A stretch of DNA of 64,000 bases from Octopus sinensis (lineage: Eukaryota), in NCBI RefSeq assembly GCF_006345805.1, contig NC_043004.1, positions 1,922,001 through 1,986,000 of the forward strand, given 5' to 3'. Of the stretch, positions 11,866 to 26,075 are shown one piece after another (the first letter of the stretch is position 1; every line of letters starts with the position of its first letter). The notes under the pieces are model-generated. The model did not search any database and was not told the origin of the DNA. It saw nothing but the letters and a program-made list of their open reading frames with translations. Made by a program: the position numbers and the translations under genes.

Positions 11866-13394
11866 CAATGTGTATGTTTGTATATGAGCATATATACGTG
11901 GGTGTGTCAGATGTATGGACATATTTGTGTAACTGGGTGGATATATGCACGTAGATGCGTGTGTCTATTTTCAGATATATATTTACGTACGCGTCTAGAT
12001 ATGTGATTAGAGATGATGTAGGCTCATCTATATTAAAATCTGTATGAGTAAGATAATTTTTTAACTCTTACTCTCATGTGATAAGGCCATATAAGTTGCC
12101 ATTCTTCAGTGTGTATATATATATATATATATATAATATATATATATATGCTTATACATGTGTGTGTATATGTTCATATGCATATATGTGTGTGTATGTG
12201 TGTATATATAAATGTATATCAACACGCATATATATATAAGTACATGTGCATGTATACTTGTTTATGTATATATATATATATTTACATGCACGTATGTATA
12301 TATATTTAGACACACACATACCCATATATATATGCATTGCTTTGTGTGTATGTAAGTGTATGCATTTGTGTTTTTCTATGGTATTGTATGATGGGAATGC
12401 CAATTTTCTGTGCGTATTACCATTTTGTTGTACAATAGACGAAATGATAATTCTATCTCAGCTTCCATGTAGTTGGCAGTAAAAAACATAAAGCACCACA
12501 GAAAATTAAAATAATATAAAACAGAAAAATAGAATTGAAAATAGAGAAATCGAAATATAAAAAAGGAAAAGAATTGAAAAATAAAAAATAAGAAAAATGC
12601 AGAATTAAATTTATCGATTTTTGTTAATTTATTTTTTTTATATAAAAAAAAAAAAGAGAAAGTCCATTTTAGAGAATTTACGGTTTTTCCTTCACAATGA
12701 TTAAACTCGCTTGTTTTGGCTGTGCTCTACAAGAATTCGATCTAACAACGTTCCTAATGTTCTTTCTCCCAAGTCTCTTGCCTATTGTCCTTCCCCACCC
12801 CTCACCATTCCTTACTACAACATCTTTCGTCTTTCTTATCTTTCCCTCTCAATTGCTCCCATTATATCATTCGCGACGTTTCTTTTAACCATTCCTATTT
12901 CTTCCGCTTCTCATACATCCCTCTCTCTTTTTACCATTCTTCTATTTTTCCAACTTTCACATTCTTGCACTCAATTTTCAATTTACAATTCTTCGTCCTG
13001 TCTTCCAGCTTCTTTTATTTTTATTTTTTCTATTTATTTATTCATTTTTTTTTTGCCTGTTTGCCCTTTTTTGTTTTTTTTCCTATTCTGCCCTCGTTCA
13101 TTCAATACTTTCTTCTGTCCGATATTTTTCCCCAAAATACAATTCCGTAATATTGTTTATGTTTTTGCTTATATTGTTTCACTCTCTTTCTTCTATGTAT
13201 GCATATATCTTTTTCTTTTTCTTTTTTTTTTTGACGTTCAAATTCCTTTGTGGTCAAATGCGAGGAGAAACTTCGCATTGTTCTTTCTCATCGAGTTAAT
13301 TTCTTCTGCAAATATTACAAATATTAATATTAACAATCATTATAACTCTTTCTACTCTAGACACAAACAACGCTTGAAATCTGGTGAGAAAGGG

Positions 13395-13555
13395 CTAGGT
13401 GATTACATCGGACCCAGTTCTGTACTGGTACTTATTTTATCGACCTCAAAATACTGAAAGGTAAACCTGACCTCGGCGAAATTTGAAATCAGAATGTAAA
13501 GAAGAAGAAATGTCCCTAAACAATTTTTCCAACGTGCTAACGATTCGGCCAGCGT
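13395..13555 (-). mobile_element. SINE family B
   Basis: gtactggtacttattttatcgacc...aaaggtaaacctgacctcggcgaaatttgaaatcagaa is the reverse complement of the family B head and domain. Confidence 0.85.
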
Positions 13556-13571
13556 TTTAACCTGCTATTGC

Positions 13572-13596
13572 TAATAATAATAATAATAATAGTAAT

Positions 13597-13657
<61 letters not shown>

Positions 13658-13805
13658 TTTTATTTGATTTTGTAAATGAACACTCTTGTGTTAACTTTAA
13701 TGGCCTCTGTACGGGTACAATGTGTTTCATTGCTCTAGATGTCGGGAGGACACTCGGAAAGAAATGGAAACAAAAACTGAAGAAGACAAACTCAGGATAA
13801 TAATA
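13572..13805 (+). mobile_element. (AAT)n array plus the 3' UTR of an R4/Dong-type retrotransposon
   Basis: gtcgggaggacactcggaaagaaatggaaacaaa matches the 3' UTR of the element at 22975-23733. It lies directly after (AAT)n at 13572-13655. Confidence 0.7.
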
Positions 13806-15249
13806 TTAATTATTTCTTTTATTTGTCACAAGACACTGGGGGAAATATCAAACGACGAAATATGACACATAAAATGTGGGACTTACGCCGCTGAAAAGGA
13901 AATCAACAACAATAACAAATATTACAAAAGATTCCTGGAAAACAGTCCACCGAGAGTAATTCTGGGGGCCATATTGCCAAGTAAAATTCTAGTTTACTCT
14001 GGAATCTCCAAAGTATCCGGGTTATTTCCTCCTTGAATCGTATATTGTAGCCAGGTTCGTTTACATTCACCAGTCTTGTCATTTTACGCAATTTTCAATA
14101 AACTTTTTACTTTTCAAATGGTACTTGAACGAGTTTATTAGAGTTTGGCCACATAGAAAAATGCTAATCTTCATAACTTTCAGACGAGTCTCCTTCAGAA
14201 TCTTTTTGCACTACAGCGGATTTTCAACTCAGGACGTAAAGAGCTGGAAAAATACCGCTAAACATTTTACCCGACCTGCTATGGCTTTTCCTTGCTCGCT
14301 GCCTCAAAGCTCTTGTAAATAAATTTACTTATATTTGAACAAGATTTCCTCTTTTGACAGCCTCTAGAGAGAATGATTTCGTTCTTAAAATTTTCAGATA
14401 CGTCAACTTTTCGATTGGTTTGTGACATCTTCAAGCGATATGTTCCTCCACTTTATGGATTTGTCACCATTACCGTTGTTGATGCTGTCCTTGTTTGTTT
14501 TGTTGCTGTTTGAATCCTTATTGTCTTTGCATCATTTTTTGTAGTAGTAAAATAATTGGAAGTTGCAGCTGTAATTGTTGATGCTGCTGTTTTTATCGTT
14601 ACTTCTGCTGCAATTGCTGCTGTTGCTGTATTCTGTCGTCGTTGTTCTTGTTTTTGCTGCAGCTTAAGCTGTTGGTTTTGTTTCTGTTGTTACGCATCAT
14701 CCCATGTACCCCGTCGGGGTAGTGTTGCTGCTATTACTATTTTTACATTCTATAAATCTTTAGTCGGGAGTAGCTACCACATCACGTTCGACACTGAGCG
14801 ATTGACTACTATTGCTGACATTACCAACGCAGGGGACAAAAAAAAAGAGACAAAGAGTTCTCTCCTAGATTCACTCCACCATTTTAGCATCCACCGACCA
14901 TATTGTGAAAAAGGCAAAAAAATTTATATTATCCAGAAGTGATGTAAACGAAAACTCTAGAAAGTGTGGACGCCTGTTTTGCGAGTGAAACATGATGATA
15001 CAATTTCTATGGAAGCGCGAAAGTAACTTCGAAATATTCATCATAATTTCAGTGACAGAAAAGAAGATGCATTTAAGAAAAGCTCCCTAAATGATGTTCC
15101 AAAATGGAATTCCACATGCGAAGCCAATGAAGATGATGTTCTTGTAGTTGTTGTTGTTGCACTTGTTGTTGATGATGATGATGGTGATGGTGAGGAGGAG
15201 GAGGGGAGGATTATAGTATGTGTTCTAATTTAAACACAATACTAATCAT

Positions 15250-15580
15250 TTTGAGGATCGTGAGTTTGTCGTTACCGTCTACCCCGGTACTTGACTGCTA
15301 TTTTATTCTACTGTAAATTTTAAACTCGGCGAGATTTGAAGTCAGGAAGTAAAGAGCTGTAATGCATTTTTCCCGACACTCAAACGATTCTGCCAATTTT
15401 CATTCTTTCTCATTTAGATTCAACGCAAGTAGTTTTGAGGAGAAGGGATTGGTCGATATCATCGATTCTTATACTTGACGCTTATTTCATTTAATCGATC
15501 CTAGAAGTTGACCAAAGCACGATTTGTACACCGACTGTAAACCTATTTCATCCAACGCTTTGGCGATTCTGCTAAACAGT
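15250..15580 (-). mobile_element. Degenerate SINE family B copies
   Basis: aaactcggcgagatttgaagtcagg and ccgacactcaaacgattctgcca are diverged family B head sequence. Confidence 0.6.
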
Positions 15581-16329
15581 TTCTGTGAAAACAAAAACAA
15601 ACCTAAAACCACAAAAGCACAGACAGTAACATTAAATCATGCGCACATACATGAATTCACATGTATGTTAGTATAAGGATATTTATCATAGGTATTAGTA
15701 TCAGCATCATCACTCATTGAATTGAGTTTACTAGCATCCAAGTAGCCCTGCTCCTGCACTCATCTTTCTAACTTCCAGGGCATGAGATATTTCCTCTCAT
15801 TGATGTGAGCGAGTATTAAATATCATACAAGATATTAAATATCATACAAGCACCCTGATTTCCTGAAATTTTCTCCGCTTCGAAGGATGGGAGAACGATC
15901 GCTTTGTGTCAATTGGAACGAACTACGAAATAAAAATTAAAATAATTTCATCAATGAGAAATTCCTCAAAATAGATATTATATGTCTTCATAAAAATGAC
16001 AGTTTGTCTAGAGAGAAAGGGATGTAACTCTGGATACGTTTTTCTGTCTCAATAGGTGTTCTCAGCATGAGAGTATAGCAAGTAGCAGTTCCACAAAAGG
16101 TTCGCAAATGAACGGAAACAAATAACACTGAGAGGTGAGTGGCATATATTTGAACTATAAATACGTATAAGAATATATTAAATATCATACAAGATATATG
16201 AATGGATGGATATGTTATTTTATTAATAGAAATAGAGCAAGTTTGAAACATTTTGGTAGTATTTCAAATCTAGGCTATATTAACAAGGCTCGTAGCGATT
16301 TTGAAGTAAATATTGATTTTCTCTAATCT

Positions 16330-16369
16330 ACAACTACTACTACTACTGCTGCTACTACTACTACTACTA

Positions 16370-16413
<44 letters not shown>
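16330..16413. repeat. (CTA)n microsatellite
   Basis: Directly visible. Confidence 0.95.
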
Positions 16414-18358
16414 TTCTTGTACTTATTAAAAGCTATTTCTTGATCAAATATTTGAAGCAATTGTTAATATAGTTTATTGTTTTAAAGCTGTCGTCACCGA
16501 ATATCCGACATTTCCTATCCAGCGTTATCAACATAGTCCTAATGCCTTCAATGTCGTTGTGCCGACCAGAAGTATTGAAGCAAACACAGCCAAGCACGAA
16601 CATTGTGAATCTTCATTTGGATTCTTACAACCATTCAATAACCATTTAGCGGTTCTTATTTTGGTGGGTTTGTGCCACTAATTAAGTATTGTTCTTCATG
16701 TATAAATGATATATGCTAATTCAGCAATTAATTTCCATTTTGCATAATAAAATTTACATAATGCTTAATTAGAATAAAATGAAGCTTCATCACTATTCAC
16801 TTGATGGGGTTCGACTGTCTGAAATCCTTTACGTTTTATTCTCTCGGTGTTCCTGATATGTTCGACGGAACATATTTAGATTGAAATGAAAACGAACTCA
16901 GAATATATAGCTCCCTAATTGACTGTGAACTTTCACTTAGTTTCAAACTAAATTCCACTTATAGTTCACTAATGATCGTCATTTATTAGTATGCAAAGTA
17001 ATCGTAGTCGCCGGCCAAATAGCATCATCGAATTTTTGTCAATCAAAGGTACCGAAAGCATATTTGTTGAAGTATTATTCAAAATTTTTGACATTAAGGG
17101 AATTCGGACTTTGAAATACATCGTTTTATTGCAACCAGTAAAGAAAACAGGTGTCTCTGTAGAACATCGAAATTATATATGTAAATAGAAGCAAATTTTC
17201 ACATTTATTTATACACAGTTAGAACCATTATCTTTGTGAGTCTATAAAAAATATAATAAACCAATATTTTTTATAAACACAAGAGAGGATAAGAGAGCGA
17301 GCTTTAGCTTCGGTAACCTAAACTTCTTGATGTGAATTATTTCTGTAATATTATTTTTTTGAGTTTCCCAATGAGAAATGAAAAAGTTATTTCTTTTCAT
17401 TTCTATTTTCTTTTTTTTTTTTTGGCTAGCTAAAGGGATAGATTATGTGTCAGTAGTCCACAATCAATTAACAGGAAAAAAATGGCTTTTGTTCCGACCA
17501 TGAAATTAAGACATACTAACAGACAGTATACTCAGCCTAGCGTCGTATTGTTGATATGAATAATCTCTAACGAGCAGAAATCATTGTAAATGGCAAACGT
17601 TTCGTTAGTTTAAGTAACTCGGTATAAAATCCGATTAAAACTATAGTAAAAAGAATGATGAGCTCCATTACACAGATTTCTACATGTGCACCAAATAAAT
17701 GGCAAATTTCAGTGGTTTGCTGCCAATCAAATAATTTATGAGGTTCACAACAAATGCTCATGGCAAATACCCTTGCAAGCTTTTCGGAGCCAAAAGACCA
17801 CGTCAGTTTCCCAGTGTAAAAACTTTAATTACAAATGATAGACTAAAGATTATGATGTATTTGAGCTGATACTTCCCCCACCCCAGAAATAATTAACGGT
17901 GATGTGTCAAATAAATATTATTCAAGGAAAATAATGCCAAATAATTAATCGATAAAACTACGGTAAGATTTCATATATTGAGAAACTTAAATTAGTGGGT
18001 TTAAGTACTTATTGCAAGGCTGATGGTCGGTTTATATCCATTTTCTACTTCCATACTGAATGGTGGGAGTGAGTAGTAATCAAGTAACTGCGGATTATTT
18101 TTTATCATTCGAGGAAATTCAATTTGTCCGCGAACACTCATACATATATATACACACACACACTCACATATTTATATGAGTGAAAATAGGTCTCAGGAAA
18201 TGGTGAAAGATTTTGGTAATATATATTTACCATTCCATGTGTTTCATTCACTAATAGAGATTACAAAGTTGTACATATTGGATTACAATGTAAGAAATTT
18301 CATATCCGAAATTCTTCGGACAGAAAATCAAATAATACTGTATGTGTGTGTGTGTGTA

Positions 18359-18455
<97 letters not shown>

Positions 18456-19934
18456 ATTTATATATATATACATATATATATACATATTAAGCACTTAACA
18501 GATTTTAGGGAGTTATATGGGAGTTATATCTTCATCAGATTTCATTTGTTTTTAATCTCCAGTGACAGATATCTATGTATTTACTTTTGGTTTGGATTTG
18601 GGTATCAATATGTCTTCTACAGATAATCTATCTTTTATTAACTTTTATATGAGACAGACTTAACAGTTAAATATTTCCCTGTATAGTTCCTACACTATGA
18701 AACTATAAATTCGTGTCTCTTTGTTGTCAATGCGTTGCATGGCTTATCTACAAGAACGTGTAATGGTTTCGACACATAAATCTAAATATTACTCTGGCTT
18801 TCAGAACAGATTCCTCTTGTTGAAAGTTGTGTCGCTTCGTGCCGCAGTGATCATTTTTAATACAGTTTTTCATTTGTAAAATATTCTGTTAATTATGGTT
18901 AATTATAAAATATTTTGTTCTATTTAATGAGGTATTCATTCTATATCAAGAATGTATTCGGTTTATATAGTTTATTAAATATATTGTTTGTGTCTTTCTG
19001 TCGGCCGTGTGTATCTGCTCAGTGTGTACAAAGGAATAAGATTTGGCATTGGTAACAACTATTCGCGTTAACGTATTCGAATATTCACTGTTAATTGATG
19101 TTTAACACTTATTGAAAGTGATTTTGTAGGATGAAATTATAACAGCTCGCTTGAAGCCTTTCCTCTGAATACGAATCTACACTTCTGTGATCCTCTTCTG
19201 AAGAAACACACAAAACTAAGAACCAGTGACAACGTAAAGTGTAGCAAGTGTACAGTACTTTTTCTCTAGAAGTTTTGTGAGTGTGTGTGTGAATGTGTGT
19301 GTTTATTCTGAGAGAGAGAAAGAGATCGAGAAAGAAGGGGGAGTGATATACAGAAAGGAAAAAGTGAGAGGGAAGAGAAAAGGAGAGAGTGTACGATATT
19401 CGGTTAAGTGCCTAACTACATGAATTGATAATTTTTATAGCAAATTGACTTTATGGATTGAAAACAGTGAATTTATGATCTGAAATAGTTGCAATTAGGA
19501 TTTTATCAGAACAAGGATTTCTCTGGAACCCTAATGAGAAGCAAATTGAATTTAATAATGTGAACAGCGTTTACTAAACTGTTCTTCGAATGACTTAAAC
19601 ACTGTCCCCTGCACCCACCGCCCACCAATACGACAAGGGTTGCTTGCGAATCATGAGTCAAGTTTTCAGCTGTAATTTCGTTCTTAATAGAAGCAAGGAG
19701 ACAGATTTCTGTAATTCAGACTCATATCGTGGACATTAGTACCACTAATTACTCTACATGACCAACTGAACATTCACAAACTACTACAAGAGTTATTGGC
19801 GACCAATCAACTTCCCAATGAACTCGTCAGACTTTCTCATGTTGTCATGTCATCGGATTTATAAACCATATTGTCCATATTGTCCATATTGCGACTTGTC
19901 TTGAGCAATAAGCACAACAATAAGGATTCTCGTG

Positions 19935-20037
19935 TGACGATGACGACGACGACAACGACGACGACGACGATGATGATGACGATGACGACGACGACGATGA
20001 CGATGATGATGATGATGATGATGATGATGGTGATGAT
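19935..20037. repeat. (GAC/GAT)n trinucleotide array
   Basis: Directly visible. It produces the poly-H, poly-S and poly-T/M ORFs. Confidence 0.95.
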
Positions 20038-21008
20038 TTATGCAACAAACCGAGAATGCTGGAAGTAAAGAACCCTCGTTGGAAGACGGGAACTTCAAAC
20101 GAGAGACTGAAACAACCATTACAAACAAAAAAATCTGATAAAAGCAAAGATCGACAAAATTTAGTCCGACAGCAAATGTAGAATCTACAAGGAGGGAGAC
20201 GAAAGTACCAATAACCGTTGGAGCGAATGCAGTATGCTTCCGTTTCATATATAAATTATAGTTTTCAGTACCTGAGCTGAAAATCACGTCAGCATCCACT
20301 GACTCGTTAAAGACACGTTGTCACTAAAATTGTTATCGGTGGGTAATAGTCTAATAATGTTTCCACAAACTGCACCATTCTATTGACGTCACAGAGGTAG
20401 GAGATTTTAGAGAAGAGACAATGTATTCAGAGGTCAACAGGGCTTGCAACTGTGCAGTAGAAGTTTGATTCGAATCAGGTTTCTCTACTCCTGAAATCTG
20501 GCAAACCACCTTAATGTTGACAAATACCACAGGTTAAAGCGATTCGGATGTAAATCTAACGAACGTTTCGTTTATTTGCACTTTTAAATTCAGCTTCTTT
20601 AGGGAGGGCGTCTAAAGGAATAATCCGTTTTAAGTTGACTTGCTCGGTATATATTATACACAGACTAACAAACGAATCTTGCCTCTCGTAATTGATATGA
20701 ACAATCGATTCCTAGGAAATAATAAGTCCAGACATTAATTCCTAAATAATCTGAGCAAACAATCTATTTTAACACTATTGTTCTATTTCGGAAGACACCC
20801 TCAGTGTCGCAGGTTCTGCTTATCTCATAACGGTCTTACCAGCCACCTCTTTTCTCATCAGAAGCAATAAGCTGGATGCGGAGAAAGATGAATATCATGG
20901 ATACATGCTGTCATCACTTTTCATGGACTGTCATAGAGCAAACACACACAAAAACATGTATGTATGTATGCATTTATGTATGTAAGTAGTAAATATTAAT
21001 ATATATAT

Positions 21009-21198
21009 ATGGAGAGTTCACGAAAAAAAAAACAAAAGACGAAGACAGGTGGTGTACAAAACAAACAGATGTATTAGTATAACGCTCAGAAATAGAAAAA
21101 GTCTTTTACGTTTCGAGCCTAGGCTCTTCTACTGAAAGGAACGCAGAAAGATACAAGGAGAGAAAAACATGTGTTTAGTGGCTACCGATCTATCATGG

Positions 21199-21201
<3 letters not shown>
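21009..21201 (-). mobile_element. Second copy of the short Penelope-like element, hammerhead remnant at 21103-21138
   Basis: Same ends as 9398-9587 and flanked by (AT)n. Minus strand: CUUU CAGUAGA A GAGC CUAG GCUC GAAAC GUA AAAG. Confidence 0.75.
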
Positions 21202-21246
<45 letters not shown>

Positions 21247-21994
21247 TTATAAGCTTGGAGTTTATTTTTGAACTCATTTTTCTGTTAAACCTCCATGATT
21301 TTATGCATGTGAGCAAGCATACTCAAATCTTGGGTCTCCCGTCGATTACCCGACGCTAGATAAGGAGCTTTCTTTGAAGGAAATATTTCAGATAAAAGAG
21401 AGTTTCTGATATTTGGCTCAGAGTACAAATCCTAGGGCTGTTGATACATCTAACGTTTTACAATTGATTTGATGCTTATGAACAATACATTAATGTTCAA
21501 CTCTTAGTATTTCGTAGCGTGTATTTCTTGCATTTACATTAAGAAGTTAATTTCACTAATTTAAATTTATTTTTGATTTTCCAACTTAGGAAATTAATTA
21601 TGCCGCCAACAAACGTGCACTGTGCTAATTGCACTAGATATTTACAACAAAATTCTAGAGTATGCTTGATTTAAACAGACAACTCTGTTATTTTCCTGAG
21701 TGCAATGAGTATATCAAAATTATTCGCCTCTTTTTAACGCTGAATAGCGAAGGCTTAAAATCTGTAGTTAAAATATATTAGATTCATCTAAGGTTTTTCA
21801 TATACGCCATATTAAGCATATGCACTCACACACATACATACATAAGCATATGCTCTCACATACATTCATAATACATACATACATGCATAAACATATACAC
21901 TCACATACATACATACATAATGCATACATACATGCATGAGCATTTGCACATACATACATACATACATACAGGCATACATGGCAGTCGAAATTCT

Positions 21995-22690
21995 CCTCTT
22001 ACAAGAAGGCAATATCCCACAATGTGTTTACAGTACCAGTGCAGTTTCCAACATTAAGGATTCTTAACTGGTCTGTAGAAGAAATCCATTCCATAGACTT
22101 GAAAAATTGCAAGATACTGACGTCAACTGGAAATCTCCACAGAAATAGTGAAATCGACAGGCTTACCCTAAGAAGGGATAAAGGAGATAGGGGCTTGTGA
22201 GCAATGCGGGCAGACTTCGAATGTCGCATAGAGTAGCAGAGTCGGAGACTAGCAAAATACTCTGGGACTTCCCAATCCAAACAGATCAGGTGCTGAGCAT
22301 AAAAGATAGGATCTCGGGGTGGTGGACAAGGGGCACCATATATTTTATATAATTGATGTTGCATGTCCCTTTGACCCATGAATAATCAATAAGGAAGGCG
22401 AAAAGATAGGTAAATATAGCCCTTTTAAGTACGAAATAGTTCGGCTATGGAAAATGAAAAAGGTGAAGATAGTGCCAATTATTATTGGGTCCTTGGAAAC
22501 AGTATCAGAAGACATCAACTGGAGTATAAAGGAATTTGGAATAGAGTGCCTAGTAGAACTGTTACAAAAGGTTTGCCACCTTGGCACGGCCAGAATAATC
22601 AAGAAAGTATCAGATTGCTTAAAAGAACGAATAGCATGATACCGTAGGCTGCAGTTAGTAAGTCACTCTCTGCAATTTTTGTTCATACCA
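21995..22690 (+). mobile_element. R4/Dong-clade non-LTR retrotransposon fragment (RT C-terminus plus RLE, internally deleted)
   Basis: Translates to ILNWSVEEIHSIDLK..HRNSEIDRL..KGDRGL, KILWDFPIQTD and IDVACPFD..EKIGKY..KIVPIIIGSL..LQKVCHLGTARII. Confidence 0.85.
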
Positions 22691-22699
22691 TATTATTAT

Positions 22700-22890
22700 C
22701 ATCATTGCCTTTGCACAGCTTCTAACGCTGAAAATATACTATGGTGTTAGCTGTTCACTACCAGTGAACTAAGGTATAACACCTCTTACTTTTCGAGTAC
22801 CTTCCGGAGTTTTCGAGCGTTTCTAAGCAGTGCTGTTTTCTGCAAGTGCTCCACCCTTTTTGCAGCCACTATTAGTTCCACGTACATTAT
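22700..22890 (-). mobile_element. R4/Dong-clade element, extreme 3' end
   Basis: Minus strand reads VEHLQKTALLRNARKLRKVLEK* plus a 3' UTR homologous to 49240-49365. Confidence 0.8.
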
Positions 22891-22911
22891 TTAATATCAT
22901 CATCATCATCA

Positions 22912-22956
<45 letters not shown>

Positions 22957-22974
22957 TATTATTATTATTATTTT

Positions 22975-23733
22975 TTTTTTTTTTCTTCTTTCAAATTTGC
23001 TTCCATTTCTTGCCGAGTGTCTTCCCGACTCCTAGGGCAAAGAAACTCATAGTATACATTGGTAGGCCATTAAACCAAACTCAGTAGTTCGTTCATTTTT
23101 TTTTTTTTTTAAAGTTAAATTAAAATACATGAGCAGCAACAGTTCTCACATCGACAATGCTCTTCTCAATACGTGTGATGTACCAGTTAAGACAATCTTT
23201 TGCACTTCTTGCAGGGATGGTAGCCAGGGATCATTCTCATATAATTTTCGGTTCCCTTCTTGATCATTCCTAGTGCTCCTACGATCACTGGTATTGTAAC
23301 CGCCTTGAGATGCCACATTTTCTCAATTTCAATGAGTAGGTCTTTATATTTTCTGAGCTTGTCAAACTCTTTCGCTGAGATATTATGATCACAGGGGATG
23401 CTCATGTCGATCAATAAGCAAACTTTATTGTTTTGGTCTTTCACAACAATATCTGGTTTATTGGCCTTGATGGTTCGGTCTGTATGTACTGGAAAGTCCC
23501 ACAGAATGGTTACATTTTCTCTTTCAGTTACAGCCTCAGGGTGGTGATTATACCACTTGTCGGCAGTTTTGATATTGTAATGCCGACTTATTAGCCAGTG
23601 GAGATATTGGCCAACTCTGTCATGTCTTAATTTATACTCCACTGGTGCTAAGACTTTACATCCAGAGATTAGGTGGTCCACTGTTTCAATCATGTCGTTG
23701 CAGAATCGGCATTTTGGGTCTGCTCCATTTTTC
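22975..23733 (-). mobile_element. 5'-truncated R4/Dong-clade element in an (ATT)n array
   Basis: CRFC..ETVDHLISGC zinc knuckle, ILWDFPVHTD and KPDIVV..LIDMSIP..KY (PD-(D/E)xK RLE), then VIVGALG. (TAA)n runs lie on both sides (about 22910-22970 and 23735-23797). Confidence 0.92.
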
Positions 23734-23739
23734 TTATTA

Positions 23740-23798
<59 letters not shown>

Positions 23799-25324
23799 GC
23801 TATCATCATTTTTGTGACACCGTTGTGTTATAGTAACGGCAGTAGGAGAAAGAAAAACCCTGAAACGAAACTGAAATCAGCAAAGTAATGAATATGTTTT
23901 GATAATTATATTTACTTTATAGTTGTGAAAGCAAGTGTTAGAGAAGGGCAAAGAACAACAGGCGAAGCTAGAACACAATGTAGTGGATAATTTACTCAGT
24001 AAACAACTTGCTGAAGTGAAGAAGCAGTATTGACGTCACAACCATTAAGGAATCTCACCGAGGAAGCTGTGTGGTGGGGTTGTTCCCTTCAATTTCATGG
24101 ACATTATCAATGTTTTAGTTTCTATATTTTGTATTTAAATTTTTTCTTTGGCAATTGTAATAGACTTTTTTTTCTTTTTGTCTGCATTATGCATTTCGTT
24201 TCTGTCAGGTCTTCTACAATTGATGAAATATCGATAACTGCTTAAGAATAGGGTTTGTTCTGTCACCAGTGGTTGACAGTAAAACCCAAGTAAGATATTG
24301 CTTACATGCATGGATGCTTCAGGTTGTTAAAATATGTAAATTTTGTCATAGTTAGGTTTTCTAATTCACTGGAAGCAAACATAATAGAAATGAATGTACA
24401 TTTCACCTTTTCTTTCATGCGTAATTGCTTTTAATATCACAGCAGCATTGTCATATTTGTTTTAAAAAATAGTTTTTGCTTTTGTATTATTTTTTTTAAA
24501 TTCTTTTTATCAGTATTTTAAGTCTCGAAATGTAATTTGAAAACATACTACAGATGCACAGCCAAAAATCTCGATAATATATTATTCAAAGCATCCTCAC
24601 CAACCACATTTATGCTTAGAAAATACCGCCACGATTTTGTGCTGCGAAACCAATTTTGGCTTGTCTTTTCCGAATAAAGAACGTATATGGTGGAGGTAAA
24701 GAATGTTGTAAGAATCTTGAGTCAAGCGAAACTTGTATTCTTAAGGAACGTGATGTGAATTTAATTCTAAGAAATCAGAAGTTAATAACTGCTATATTTA
24801 CTAACTAATGATGAGAACAAACAATAGTCTAATGCTATTACAAAACATTGTTTCTTTTAAACATGCTGTAGATACGCTTATATTATAGGAAGAAATGATA
24901 CATACTAATGGTTGACATTTATCCACAAGTTCACAGAATATGAGAATCGAAAGAGGGATCAAAGGTGGGTAACTCGTGTAGTTTCGTCATAATAATGTAT
25001 CGTATTCATTTTTTATTTAGATCGAAACATACGCTTATGGCCACAGGAGATATGTTATATATTGATGTAATTTTCATTTACTTATTCAATTAATCGCGTT
25101 TGGTAAATAACCAATCCGTTCCAGCTTCATTTCAAGTTACCTAAATAGTCTTCGTCAACATTAAAATAATATATGGGTCTTTGTTGAAATAGAAAACAGG
25201 TGTAGGTATTCTCCCTAATATTCCCGGCCCACCAATCTTGTACCATTGAGAAAATAAAATGAATCAGTCATAAGTCGGCTTATATTTTATTTCACATTCG
25301 ATAGTGTGTCATGTATGTAATACT

Positions 25325-25510
25325 GGTTTCAAATTTTGGCACAATTCCAGTAGGTTTGGGGGCGGGAGTAAGATGATGACATCAACCCCTTTCCTCCGTG
25401 TTCAACTGGTACTTATTCCATCGACTCCGAAAGAATAAAAGACGAAGTCGACCTCTTCGGAATTTGAGCTCAGGCCATAAGGACAGATAAGATAGCGCAA
25501 AACATTTTGC
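25325..25510 (-). mobile_element. SINE family B
   Basis: aactggtacttattccatcgactccgaaagaataaaagacgaagtcgacc is the reverse complement of the family B domain. Confidence 0.8.
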
Positions 25511-25848
25511 CCGGCATGCTCACGGTTCTGCCAGCTCTCCGCCTTGTCACTCATGTAATAATGGTTCCGAATTTTGACACAAGGAAGGGTATTGTTCACC
25601 ATCGCAATTTTTGGTTTCCCCCCTACGAATTCAGTAGTCCAGTGTTTCATACCTACACTGGACCATTTTCTCCATATTTTCTGCTGTTCCAAACCTGTTT
25701 TACTCATCCAACTGTGCAGCATCCTCTCAGAGGTTTTGTTACAATCAGCCAAGCTACATCCAATCCCGTCAGACTGCGTCAGCATTTCTGATCACCATTT
25801 TATCAACTGACGCAGGAATTCTTTCTGTTCTACTGTAAATTGTCACTT

Positions 25849-26075
25849 TCTAGTAGTAGTAGTAGTAGTAGTAGTAGTAGGAGTAGTAGTAGTATTAGTA
25901 GTAGTAGTTGTAGTAGTAGTAGTGGTAGTAGTAGTAGTAGTAGTAGTGGTAGTGGTAGTGATGGTGCTGGTGGCGGTGCTTGTAGGGGTGGTGGTGGTTG
26001 TAATTGACAGAGGCGGCGGTGGCAGCGGCTGTGGTGGCGGTGGTGGCGGCGGTGGTTTTTGACGGTGTTAATATT
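25849..26075. repeat. (TAG)n/(TGG)n compound microsatellite
   Basis: Directly visible. Confidence 0.93.

Noticed and set aside
4275-24038. Four perfect TGACGTCA sites (4275, 20384, 22118, 24031) as a CRE cluster
   Set aside because: Two lie in decayed retroelement coding sequence, and the remainder is not clearly above chance.
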